Of a stretch of DNA of 64,000 nucleotides, positions 16,716-26,064 are shown piece after piece. The notes beneath the pieces are model-generated. The model did not search any database and had not been told where the DNA came from. It was given only the letters and a program-made list of their open reading frames with translations. The translations under genes were made by a program, and so were the position numbers. Positions within the stretch are counted from its first letter, which is position 1; each line of letters begins with the position of its first letter. This DNA is from Pseudomonadota bacterium (GTDB lineage Bacteria > Pseudomonadota > Alphaproteobacteria > MPNO01 > UBA830): the NCBI GenBank assembly GCA_036136335.1, contig JAYZQT010000056.1:25797-89796 (forward strand), read 5' to 3'.

Positions 16716-17396
16716 ATGCCGGGTACTGTCAGCGAAAGTCCCGTTACATTGGAAGAATATGCTGCGATGGATATGCAGGAGCGGCAAGCACTATGGCTTC
16801 AGATCTCCGATATATCCGAGGATGAATTCAAGGCACATATGGCGGGGGAGAAGGCCCGCGAGGCCATGGTTCCGAAAATCGGTGCCGAGGCACCGAATTT
16901 TGTCGCGGATGTTCTTGGTGCGAACCGTCAGAGAACTGGCGAACAGGTTCGGTTGTCGGACCTACGAGGTAAACCAGTCGGCATAGCATTCGGGTCTTTC
17001 ACGTGACCGCCATTTCGTGGGAAGGCCGTGCGCCTTAACGAACTATATGCCAAATACAAAGACCAGGTTCACTTCTACATCATATACATTCGCGAAGCGC
17101 ATCCCGCTGCAGGTTGGCAGGTGCCAAACAACCTGATCGAAAATGTAATTTTTGATGAACCCACCACTGATGAAGAACGCACCGAGGTAGCGGCCGCATG
17201 TCAAATCAGTCTGGGCCTTGATATGCCAATGCTGGTTGATGCAATCGATAACGATATTGACAAACAGTATGTCGGACTCCCGATGCGGCAGTTCCTGATT
17301 AACGCCGACGGAATGATCGTGTATGCGGGACAAAAAGGACCGTTTGGGTGGGATGACCAGGCTTTTGAAGTGGAACTTAAAAAACTAATTTTCTGA
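16716..17396 (+). CDS. iodothyronine deiodinase-like thioredoxin-fold selenoprotein (TGA 17004-17006 read as selenocysteine)
   Basis: Track ORFs 16716-17006 and 17028-17396 share one frame and are separated only by one TGA. Read-through gives IAFGSFT-U-PPFRGKAVRLNELYAKYKDQVHFYIIYIREAHPAAGW. This matches the deiodinase signature FGS(A/C)T-U-PPF and the YI.EAHP.DGW box. An AAGGAG ribosome binding site precedes the ATG at 16716. Confidence 0.8.
17014..17042 (+). promoter_or_regulatory. candidate bacterial SECIS stem-loop
   Basis: UUCGU(17014-18) pairs with ACGAA(17038-42). AAGGC(17022-26) pairs with GCCUU(17032-36). There is an internal GGG/A asymmetry and a 5-nt apical loop CGUGC. The stem starts 8 nt after the UGA. 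Confidence 0.55.
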
Positions 17397-17542
17397 AGCC
17401 GGCTATATTGGGAACGACTCTACAGGGGCGCCCAGAGGTTTTACCTTAAGCGGGCTTGACCATTTGTATATTTAGGGGGTGTTCCGTGGGTGAAATATCA
17501 GGGAATACTTTGTTAGGATCAGTTTATTGATATTGGGTCCGA

Positions 17543-19015
17543 ATGGCAGACATTAGAAATTACGAAACCGAAGTGGCTATTATAGGTTCTGGCGGTGCGG
17601 GTATCGCGGCCGGTATCGAGGCACTAGATGTTGGGGCCGCGGTAATATCCTTTGAGAAGGCCAATATGCCTGGCGGCGCCGCAATTATCTCTGGTGGTGG
17701 ATGCTGCATTGTAGGGTCACCGGTCCAGAAGGCGCTTGGTATAAACGATAGTCCGGATCTTGCATTTGGCGACTGGACAAAATGGGGCGGACCTTCCGTC
17801 GATGCCGTCTGGGCACGTTATTACCTGGAACATTCTCTTCATGACCTTTATTTCTGGGCTGAATCCCTCGGGGTCGAGTGGGTGGATTTGAAGCCACAAG
17901 AGGGAAATTCGGTAATGCGCTGGACCCGCCCCGTAGGGAATGGACAGGGTTTGACACAAAAGCTGATTGATGCCTTTGAGAATAAGGGTGGCGAGGTCGT
18001 AACTAAAACCAAAATAACCAAGCTGAAAATTGAAGATGGGCGGGTGGTTGGCTTCAGTGGGAAGGATCTGGAAACTGGGGGTGGTGTATGCGTGCGGAGC
18101 AGGACCGTGGTTGTAACTACTGGTGGCTTCAACTCCAATTTGGATATGGTTCTTGACGTTAAACCGGAACTCCAAAACTACAGGGTTATGGAAGGATCAG
18201 GTCGTGGATCGACGGGAGACGGTCACAATATGGTATCCAGGGCAGGCGGGTACCTGACCCACATGGAACATGTCTGGTTCTATTGCTATGCAACGCCCGA
18301 TTATCTTGATGACGAGGGCAAACGCGGTCTCGTCTGTCGGCAGATCCCCGGTTACATCTGGATTAACCAGCAGGGTAAGCGTTTTCATAATGAGTCCCTT
18401 TCAGGCGGTAATTCCATGAGTCCTGCGATGCTTGCACAGAAACCCCCGCATGCCTGGGCTATTGTTGACACTCCAATGAAGCAAAATCTGGAAATTGCCG
18501 ATCCCTATTACCGAGATGGGGATCAGGTTATACGGGAAAAGGTCGAGGAACTTCTTAACCATTCTCCCTACATAAAAAAAGCCGAAACGCTAGAGCAACT
18601 GGCGGATCAAATCGGCGTAGATAAAACAATATTTCTTGGTGAAGTTGACGCATATAACGATGCTGTGAAAAAAGGTCTCCAGCACGAGCCTGGGTATGGC
18701 AAACCACTCGACAAATCGAAGGAATTTGACACACCGCCGTATTTCGCCATTCAGTTTTTTCCGCTTGCGCGCAAGAATTTTGGTGGCATCAAGACAGATT
18801 TGTTCTGTCGTATTCTGGACAAGCATTTTGAACCGATACCCGGTCTCTATGGTGCAGGTGAAGCCTGCGGCATGGCAGGTGGTCATATCAATGGTGCCGC
18901 TGGCCTGGAAGGTACCATGCTTGGTCCATCGTTATTCAGCGGAAGGGTCGCCGGCGCCTGGTCTGCACACGAAGCGGGATTCGGCGACGGGTTCAAAGGA
19001 GTGCCGAACCGGTAA
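17543..19015 (+). CDS. FAD-dependent oxidoreductase (fumarate reductase / KstD-like flavoprotein family)
   Basis: N-terminal dinucleotide fold VAIIGSGGAGIAAG and C-terminal GLYGAGEACGMAGG. 490 aa. Confidence 0.85.
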   Translation: MADIRNYETEVAIIGSGGAGIAAGIEALDVGAAVISFEKANMPGGAAIISGGGCCIVGSPVQKALGINDSPDLAFGDWTKWGGPSVDAVWARYYLEHSLHDLYFWAESLGVEWVDLKPQEGNSVMRWTRPVGNGQGLTQKLIDAFENKGGEVVTKTKITKLKIEDGRVVGFSGKDLETGGGVCVRSRTVVVTTGGFNSNLDMVLDVKPELQNYRVMEGSGRGSTGDGHNMVSRAGGYLTHMEHVWFYCYATPDYLDDEGKRGLVCRQIPGYIWINQQGKRFHNESLSGGNSMSPAMLAQKPPHAWAIVDTPMKQNLEIADPYYRDGDQVIREKVEELLNHSPYIKKAETLEQLADQIGVDKTIFLGEVDAYNDAVKKGLQHEPGYGKPLDKSKEFDTPPYFAIQFFPLARKNFGGIKTDLFCRILDKHFEPIPGLYGAGEACGMAGGHINGAAGLEGTMLGPSLFSGRVAGAWSAHEAGFGDGFKGVPNR

Positions 19016-19144
19016 CTAAGCAGGTTTTGGCTGCGTTCGGTCGTTCAAACAAACATGTTCCGGGCCGCGCCAGAAGTTTGTAAATTCGTCCTCACTAGCA
19101 CGCGAGCCTCCATATTTTCAGATAGTGTGCAGTGCTCGCACACC

Positions 19145-20251
19145 TTATTGCAGGGCCTTCTTGCGGACCCCGGCTTTTTCAAGTCGGGGCAAAACCTCGT
19201 CCCTGAAAAGTGGAAAATGCTCTACATAGTTGGCAAAACCCATTGCGAAGGCATCTATTCCCTGCCTGTGGAGACACAGCAGCAGTTCTGTAACGTCATC
19301 GGGGTCACCGACGATCGGGTAGGCTCCATTGCCACCCGCGGCACGCTGGTTGAGGTTTTTGATCAGGTTTGGTGGCAGGTTGTCCAAGTGCCCTCTGGTC
19401 AATCGACCCATAATGAGGTTGTCCGCGGCCTTTTTATCTGCCATCTCGACAGCATAATATTCGTGATATTCCTGTGCCTCTTTTCGCGTCGGACGGCAAA
19501 CGACGTAACAATTGGTGAAAACCCCTATTGTACGCCCATAGTTGCGGGCCATATTTTTCAACCGGGCGATTTCGGTGCCTATATCCTGGATTTCTGAGTT
19601 GATCCCGGTGAACATCATGTCTGAATTCCGGGCAGCAAAATTGCGCCCTGTCTCCGAGCTTCCGGCGCTAACTATCATGGGGCGTTTTCTGGAGTAAGGC
19701 TTTGGCTTTGCAAGGACACCCTTCACCGAATAGAACTCGCCTTGGAAGTCAAAAGGCTTTGTCTCTGACCAGGCACGGGTCATGATTTCAATCCATTCCT
19801 GACCCTGGTCATACCGGCGATCGTGTTCGTTCAACCTGACGCCAGCCATATCAAATTCTTTCTGATTCCAACCGCAGACAATGTTCAGTCCAAAGCGGCC
19901 CTGACCAATTTGGTCTGCAGTCACCATTTGTTTTGCAGCAACGACCGGGTTGAACAACGCCACATGAACGGTTCCAAACGCCATGATGTTTTTTGTGGAT
20001 GCAAGGATACCTGCTGCCCAGCTTAGAGTTTCAAGTACACCGCCATTATGATCAGTTTCACCTCCGTAGCCGCGCCAGCGTCCGAGAGGTAAAAGAAAAT
20101 CCAGGCCCGCCTTGTCCGCGAGTCGTGCGGCTGCAAGGTTTTCCGCCCATGTACCTTCCCAACGTTCCGGAACCAGTGTCGCCGAAAGACCACCCGAACA
20201 GTTCAGGCCGAAGAACCCCAGTTTGAGTTTATTTAGATCAAAAGAGCGCAC
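19145..20251 (-). CDS. LLM-class (luciferase-like) flavin-dependent monooxygenase, RutA/SfnG-like
   Basis: FGLNIVCGWNQKEF and overall resemblance to RutA-type LLM enzymes. My preferred start is the GTG at 20251, 8 nt after the upstream stop. The ATG at 20332 would overlap the upstream gene by 74 nt. Confidence 0.8.
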   Translation of the reverse strand: MRSFDLNKLKLGFFGLNCSGGLSATLVPERWEGTWAENLAAARLADKAGLDFLLPLGRWRGYGGETDHNGGVLETLSWAAGILASTKNIMAFGTVHVALFNPVVAAKQMVTADQIGQGRFGLNIVCGWNQKEFDMAGVRLNEHDRRYDQGQEWIEIMTRAWSETKPFDFQGEFYSVKGVLAKPKPYSRKRPMIVSAGSSETGRNFAARNSDMMFTGINSEIQDIGTEIARLKNMARNYGRTIGVFTNCYVVCRPTRKEAQEYHEYYAVEMADKKAADNLIMGRLTRGHLDNLPPNLIKNLNQRAAGGNGAYPIVGDPDDVTELLLCLHRQGIDAFAMGFANYVEHFPLFRDEVLPRLEKAGVRKKALQ

Positions 20252-20258
20252 GCGTTTC

Positions 20259-21230
20259 TCAATATGTACGGTTGTACATTTCGCGCAGATGGGCTTCGAC
20301 GGTAGTCGGCGGATATTTCGGATTTTCACCATCTTTCAGACAACATTCCAGAGTCACTACCTTGTGGGCGAGGTTGCCATTATAAAAAAATGGTACGGAA
20401 TATCGTTCCTTGCCAGACATATTGATTACACGATGTAATGTTGAGCGATAGGTATCGTTGGTCCATCTCGACATCATGTCGGCGAGGTTGATCACATAGG
20501 CATTGGGGATAGGTGGCGCAGATATCCAAATATCGTCCTTACCCAGAACCTCCAGGCCCCCATTGGCGTCCTGCATCAACATAGTGATGCCCCCAAAATC
20601 CGTGTGTGCCCCGCAGCCTTTCTCGTTTGGGCGCGGATTGGCCGGTTGCGGTGGGTAGTGCAACAGCTTCAGAGCGGTGAGAGGTTCATGACAGAATGCC
20701 GTGAAATAGTTATCCGGTAGTCCCAGTGACAGTGCGATACCGCTCATAAGCGTCTTTCCAAGCGACAGCATGTCAACATAATACCGCATCATGGTCTTCT
20801 CAAAACCAGGAAGCCCCTCTGGCCACTGGTTAGGGCCTAGGTTGAAACTCCCATGTCTGAGGCGCGGATGATCAGCAGGAATTTCTTCTCCGATGTAAAG
20901 TCCTTCCTTGAGGTCCGGCGGACTGCCGTCTTCAAGTGTCTGCCCGCCTAGTGGCTCATAACCTCGATTATGAGGAGAAAGTGACATGTCAATGGCGCGC
21001 TTATGGTTTTCCGGGAGCAGAAAAAATGCGGCTGCTTGCGAAAACACATTTGCCTGCAGCTCGGGATCGATACCATGGCCAACAATGTACATAAAACCAA
21101 GATTATGGCACGCCTCTCTCATATCATCTGCTACTGATTGGCGGGCGCTTTCGTTTGTGCCTCTCAGGGGCGACATGTCGATGACGGGCAGGCTGGCATC
21201 CGAACGCTGTCCATTACTTGGCTTGGCCAT
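20259..21230 (-). CDS. 2-oxoglutarate/Fe(II)-dependent oxygenase (isopenicillin N synthase-like)
   Basis: LPVIDMSPL N-terminal pattern. HTD facial-triad motif in CGAHTDFGGITML, the distal His in STLHRV, and RYSVPFF. I chose the start at Met 23 of the track ORF. Confidence 0.85.
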   Translation of the reverse strand: MAKPSNGQRSDASLPVIDMSPLRGTNESARQSVADDMREACHNLGFMYIVGHGIDPELQANVFSQAAAFFLLPENHKRAIDMSLSPHNRGYEPLGGQTLEDGSPPDLKEGLYIGEEIPADHPRLRHGSFNLGPNQWPEGLPGFEKTMMRYYVDMLSLGKTLMSGIALSLGLPDNYFTAFCHEPLTALKLLHYPPQPANPRPNEKGCGAHTDFGGITMLMQDANGGLEVLGKDDIWISAPPIPNAYVINLADMMSRWTNDTYRSTLHRVINMSGKERYSVPFFYNGNLAHKVVTLECCLKDGENPKYPPTTVEAHLREMYNRTY

Positions 21231-21350
21231 CAACACCTCATCTAGGTATCCACAAACCCATTTAAAAAGGATATGTGCAAAACATCCACCCCGCATGGTG
21301 CATAAAATCTTTTTCAGTTAAATCCATGCAAACACATTGCTGGAGTTCCC

Positions 21351-22580
21351 ATGTCCCGAGCCTGGTTCAAGAGTCCCTACGTAGTTCTGTTCTGTGCCGT
21401 GGGTATAGTATTTTTTGCCTATGGAAGCCGGCAAAGTCTTGGGATTTATCTTAAGCCTATCACTGCGGATCTCGGGTGGGGTCGTGAAAGCCTGTCCATC
21501 GTATTTGGTGCCCAGGCCCTTATTTACGGAATGGCAGCGCCATTTGTTGGTGCAATAGCCGATAAGTGGGGACCAATAAAGGTAATGATTGTATCCGCGT
21601 TTATGTATTCCGCGGGCATATTTCTCATGACAGAAGCAACAACCCCGGCTGGCATGTTAATGAGTGCAAGTTTCCTTGGTGGTGTAGGTTCTGCCGGGTG
21701 TGCTCTCTCGCTCATCCTCGCTGTTGCAAGCCGGGTTGCACCGGAAGAAAAACGTGGTCTGTGGCTTGGAATTATCACGTCGGGCGGAACAGGTGGGCAA
21801 CTTGTTCTCCTGCCAGCCGGTCAATTGGTCATGAACGAATATGGGTGGGTGATTGCGATTATTGCAATGTCCCTGTTCGTATTGATGATCCTCCCACTGG
21901 TATTGATGATGGGGGCTTCGGCGGGAGAAAGGGTAAACAGCAAAAAAGATGGCCAGAGTCTAGCTCAGGCCCTGAATGAAGCTCTTGCACATCGTGGTTT
22001 CTGGCTTCTTGTACTCGGCTTTTTCACCTGTGGATTTCAGGTTCAATATATCAATAATCACCTTCCCGCCTATCTCACCGACATGGACCTTGACCCCATC
22101 ATTGGCGCGACCGCGATTTCGGTAATCGGACTTTTCAATATGATCGGAACATGGTGCGCTGGTTGGCTCGGAGACCGATACCGTAAGAAGTATATTCTTG
22201 CGTTGCTCTATTTCTTCCGTTCACTGCTGTTTATGATCTTTATTCTTGCGCCTTTAAGCCCCTGGTCGGTGTACTTGTTCTCGGCAAGTATCGGACTGCT
22301 ATGGCTGGCGACAGTGCCCCTGACGTCAGGAATTGTATTTGGGATGTTTGGTCCAAGGTATATGGCGACGTTGTACGGAATTGTTTTTCTGAGCCATCAG
22401 GTAGGTAGTTTTGCAAGTGTGTGGCTCGGTGGGTTCATCTGGGACCGGACAGGTTCTTATGAAATCGCCTGGTGGATCGTAATAATCGGTGGCGCACTAG
22501 CGTCGCTGTTGCACTGGCCTATAGATGATCGGCCCGTTCAGGAAGTGTTGAAAGATCGTGCGCGCGAAGCTGCGCGGTAA
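21351..22580 (+). CDS. MFS transporter
   Basis: 409 aa with about 12 hydrophobic segments. GAIADKWGP-type loop between TM2 and TM3. Confidence 0.85.
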   Translation: MSRAWFKSPYVVLFCAVGIVFFAYGSRQSLGIYLKPITADLGWGRESLSIVFGAQALIYGMAAPFVGAIADKWGPIKVMIVSAFMYSAGIFLMTEATTPAGMLMSASFLGGVGSAGCALSLILAVASRVAPEEKRGLWLGIITSGGTGGQLVLLPAGQLVMNEYGWVIAIIAMSLFVLMILPLVLMMGASAGERVNSKKDGQSLAQALNEALAHRGFWLLVLGFFTCGFQVQYINNHLPAYLTDMDLDPIIGATAISVIGLFNMIGTWCAGWLGDRYRKKYILALLYFFRSLLFMIFILAPLSPWSVYLFSASIGLLWLATVPLTSGIVFGMFGPRYMATLYGIVFLSHQVGSFASVWLGGFIWDRTGSYEIAWWIVIIGGALASLLHWPIDDRPVQEVLKDRAREAAR

Positions 22581-23339
22581 TCAAAGCATACGCCGGAACA
22601 TTGAAAAGATTTCCTGCCAGTCGGCATTCGTTGCATCTGAATTATAAATGTCCCGATCAGGGATGGCATAGCCATGATCGGTGTCACCGTGAATGCGAAA
22701 GGTCGCTTTTGCAGGGCTGTCGTCGAATGCTTCCATGAGCGCAGTTACAACTCTCCGGGGTGTGAAGGGATCGTTTTCCCCCATCCCGAAATAGATTTTC
22801 CCCTGTATGTTGGGAGCGCACAGGTGTGGTGAATTGGGTTTTTCCGTTACTAGGTAAGTCCCATGGAAACTGGCGGTAGCACGAAAAATTTCTGGATGGG
22901 CGGCTGCTACCCTGATCACGTGTCGGCCACCCATACAGTACCCGAAACATCCAGCAAACCCGTCAGAAACATTGTCGACTTCCCTTAAACGGGATATCAG
23001 CGTCAAGGTGTCTGCAATCACCATGTCGTCTGTTAGGTGTGCGTTGTAGTCAAGCATTTTCTGGCGGTCTGTCTGCGACAGAACCGAGATTGACTTTGTG
23101 CGGCCATCTGGGTGCTGATGGACGAAATGGGTGTCTCCTTGTCGATAATAGAGGCTCGGTGCTGCACAAGCCAAACCCTGCCGGGCAGCGAAACGTGCAA
23201 TATCACGTAACTGGTCTCGCATACCCCAAATATCCATATAGAGGATAACAGGGGGGAAGGGTCCGCGTCCGTCGGGTAGGGCCAGAAAGGTATCCATCAG
23301 CCCATCCGAGGTCGTGACCTTTATATCGTGTTCAATCAT
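22581..23339 (-). CDS. dienelactone hydrolase family protein
   Basis: Nucleophile motif GYCMGG (G-x-C-x-G) and MIEHDIKVTTSDGLMDTFLALPDGRGPFPPVILYMD. I chose the start at Met 31 of the track ORF. Confidence 0.8.
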   Translation of the reverse strand: MIEHDIKVTTSDGLMDTFLALPDGRGPFPPVILYMDIWGMRDQLRDIARFAARQGLACAAPSLYYRQGDTHFVHQHPDGRTKSISVLSQTDRQKMLDYNAHLTDDMVIADTLTLISRLREVDNVSDGFAGCFGYCMGGRHVIRVAAAHPEIFRATASFHGTYLVTEKPNSPHLCAPNIQGKIYFGMGENDPFTPRRVVTALMEAFDDSPAKATFRIHGDTDHGYAIPDRDIYNSDATNADWQEIFSMFRRML

Positions 23340-23420
23340 CTCGCATTCCAGTGGTTCCTGCTGTAATTCTATGCCTGAATACGGTGGCGACGTCCATGCG
23401 CCGCTACCTAAGGAGAGCCA

Positions 23421-24248
23421 ATGGCACAAACATCAACGAAAAATGAATCCACAATCCATGCCGCGCTGACCTTTGCTGTTGATACAGGAGTAAGGATAGT
23501 CAACGAAACCATGGGGCCCGGCGACATGAGTCGTCGTCGGACAGGCGTTGTTGAGGAAAGAATGATGCCCATCCGGAACGGAAGGGCGTTAAGGGATAAA
23601 TTCGAACTTGAAATCCACGGATTTGAGTTTGTCAAACATCCAACCGCAATGGTCAATTTTTTTGATGAGAATGAAGTCCTATCTGTTTACTACGAAGAGG
23701 CAGCTGAACTGATCAGACAAAGAAGTGGTGCCAAAAGAATCCATGTATTTGATCACACCCTGCGCTCCGGTGACGAAAAAACCCGGAACGAAAGGCATGT
23801 GCGCGAACCTGTTACGCGTGTGCATAACGACTACACCGAGTGGTCCGGTCCCAACCGTGTACGAGATCTTTTACCCAATGAAGCAGAAGGATTGCTTGAA
23901 CGGCGTTTTGCAATTGTACAGGTCTGGCGCGCCATCCGGAATCCCATTGAAGCTGATCCGCTCGCTATTTGCGATGCGAGGACGTTGACTCAGGGTGATC
24001 TTGTCGTTTCCGAGCGTCGCTATCCCGATCGGATCGGTCAGACCTATCAAATCGCTTACAGCCCCGATCAAGAATGGTATTACTTTCCAAAGATGACACG
24101 GAATGAAGCCGTGGTTTTCAAGGTATTCGACTCCGCTACTGATGGTCGTGCCCGGTTCACGGCGCATACCGCATTCGTCGACCCTATGAGCCCGGTTAAC
24201 GCGGGTCCTCGGGAGAGCATAGAGATGCGGGCACTCGTATTTTTCTGA
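23421..24248 (+). CDS. CmcJ/NvfI-family oxidoreductase-like protein
   Basis: Family-level resemblance only (about 275 aa, VHNDYT segment, overall pattern). No motif check was possible. Confidence 0.5.
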   Translation: MAQTSTKNESTIHAALTFAVDTGVRIVNETMGPGDMSRRRTGVVEERMMPIRNGRALRDKFELEIHGFEFVKHPTAMVNFFDENEVLSVYYEEAAELIRQRSGAKRIHVFDHTLRSGDEKTRNERHVREPVTRVHNDYTEWSGPNRVRDLLPNEAEGLLERRFAIVQVWRAIRNPIEADPLAICDARTLTQGDLVVSERRYPDRIGQTYQIAYSPDQEWYYFPKMTRNEAVVFKVFDSATDGRARFTAHTAFVDPMSPVNAGPRESIEMRALVFF

Positions 24249-24366
24249 CGGATTTGATCAAAGCATTAATTCATCCCGCCGCGATTCGACTGAGCGAGGG
24301 GACCTGCTTCTTTGCGTTGTGCAGATGCGGTGCATATAAAAAGGTGAATAAAACGGAGTTTCGTGA

Positions 24367-26034
24367 ATGGACGGCTTTGCCGGTAAGCGCACATACCGCG
24401 ATCTTCAGCAACATATTGAAGAGCTTAAGGATCGAGATCTGCTTTATGTTATTGACGAGCCTGTTAACAAGGACACTGAAATGTCGCCTCTGGTCCGCTG
24501 GCAATTTCGAGGCGGGTTACGTGAAGAGGAGCGTAAGGCGTTTCTTTTCACTAACATTACGGATTCCAGAAATCGAGTGTACAACATACCGGTTGTGATT
24601 GGTGCGCTGGCGGCAAACCAGGATATCTACGCTACTGGCATGGGCTGCAACGTGGAGGGGATCGCTGGCAAGTGGGAAAATGCGATTGCCAATCCTATTG
24701 CGCCGCGGCTGGTAAATGACGCACCCTGTCATGACGTAATCATTGAGGGCGAAGAGCTGTTGAGCGAAGACGGTGGGCTTATCCATCTGCCTATTCCCTT
24801 GTCGACCCCCGGTTTTGATTCGTCCCCAACCCTGGCGGCCACCAATGTAATTACCCGTCACCCCAAAACCGGCACGCAGAATATGGGTACTTACCGCGCA
24901 GGACTCAAATCCTCTAACCGGCTGGTTGTGAGGATGGCAACCCGTGTCGGTGGCGCGGAGGGTTATCTGCACTGGAAAACGCAAAAGGAACGAGGTGAAA
25001 AGTTACCCTGCGCCATTGTTGTTGGCTGTCCGCCGTACGTCGCCTTTATGGGTCCACAGAAGCTTCCGGCAGGAGTGGAAGAGTTGCATGTTGCGGGTGG
25101 TCTGGCGGGAGAACCGATCAATGTTGTTCGCGCCCGAACCGTCGATCTGTTGGTGCCTGCGGAGGCGGAGGTGGTCATTGAGGGTTTTGTAGATACCGAG
25201 CTGCTGGAACCGGAGGGGCCATTTGGAGAAAGCCATGGGCATGTCGCCTTGGAAGAGTTGAACCTCCCAATGCAGGTGACCGCAATTACACGCCGCGAGC
25301 ATGCGATCATCCCCTCCTACATCTCACAGGTTGCACCCTCCGAAAGTTCAGTTATCAAGCGTGTTGCCTATGAGCCGTTGTTTAAGGCGCATTTGCACGA
25401 CCATCTTGGGATTAAAGGAGTTAAAAAAGTTCAACTGCACGAGCCCCTGACAGGCCTGCTCCGTGTAACGATCATATCGCTTGATCCCGAGACCCCACGT
25501 ACAGAGGTGTGGCGTGCGCTTTATGGAGCGGCGAGCTTCAAGGCTGATTGTGGCAAGATAACCATCGCAGTTAATGAAGATATTGATGTTGATAACGCTG
25601 ATGCAATCTTGTGGGCAATGGCCTATCGCCTGAACCCGTCGGAGGACGTAAATATTTTACGGCATCGTGGACAGGGTCATGGTCCAAAGCGGGAAACACA
25701 TGGTGAAGAAGATTCGACCCTTCTGATTGACGCCACAATGAAGGCCCCCATGCCCCCTCTGGCGCTACCCACCAAGCCTTACATGGAGGCTGGAAAAGTA
25801 CTTTGGGAAAAACTGGGGCTACCCGCCCTTCGTCCAGAGTCCCCGTGGCACGGGTATTCCCTTGGGGACTGGTCCGAAGTCTGGACAGACGCCGCGGAAC
25901 GCGCAACAGCTGGCGCCTGGCCGGAAAATGGTCGCCGGACCTTGCAGCGGCAGGTCCCCGCCGACGTAACGCCGGAAACCTCCGTTCGGGACGTAGAGGA
26001 CGGTTGGGAAGACGAACTGGAGTGGAAGAAATAA
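24367..26034 (+). CDS. UbiD-family (prenylated-FMN-dependent) decarboxylase
   Basis: N-terminus YRDLQQHIEELKDRDLLYVIDEPVNKDTE and length are typical of UbiD. It has a C-terminal extension of about 60 aa relative to typical UbiD length. Confidence 0.85.
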   Translation: MDGFAGKRTYRDLQQHIEELKDRDLLYVIDEPVNKDTEMSPLVRWQFRGGLREEERKAFLFTNITDSRNRVYNIPVVIGALAANQDIYATGMGCNVEGIAGKWENAIANPIAPRLVNDAPCHDVIIEGEELLSEDGGLIHLPIPLSTPGFDSSPTLAATNVITRHPKTGTQNMGTYRAGLKSSNRLVVRMATRVGGAEGYLHWKTQKERGEKLPCAIVVGCPPYVAFMGPQKLPAGVEELHVAGGLAGEPINVVRARTVDLLVPAEAEVVIEGFVDTELLEPEGPFGESHGHVALEELNLPMQVTAITRREHAIIPSYISQVAPSESSVIKRVAYEPLFKAHLHDHLGIKGVKKVQLHEPLTGLLRVTIISLDPETPRTEVWRALYGAASFKADCGKITIAVNEDIDVDNADAILWAMAYRLNPSEDVNILRHRGQGHGPKRETHGEEDSTLLIDATMKAPMPPLALPTKPYMEAGKVLWEKLGLPALRPESPWHGYSLGDWSEVWTDAAERATAGAWPENGRRTLQRQVPADVTPETSVRDVEDGWEDELEWKK

Positions 26035-26064
26035 CACCAATACACGGAATGAGGGGGCCACAAG

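Noticed and set aside
19125-19143. Hairpin GTGTGC-agtgctc-GCACAC between the convergent FAD oxidoreductase and LLM monooxygenase genes, considered as a bidirectional terminator.
   Set aside because: No U-tract follows on the minus strand, and only a weak CUUAUUG follows on the plus strand. The stem is only 6 bp. That is too weak to call.
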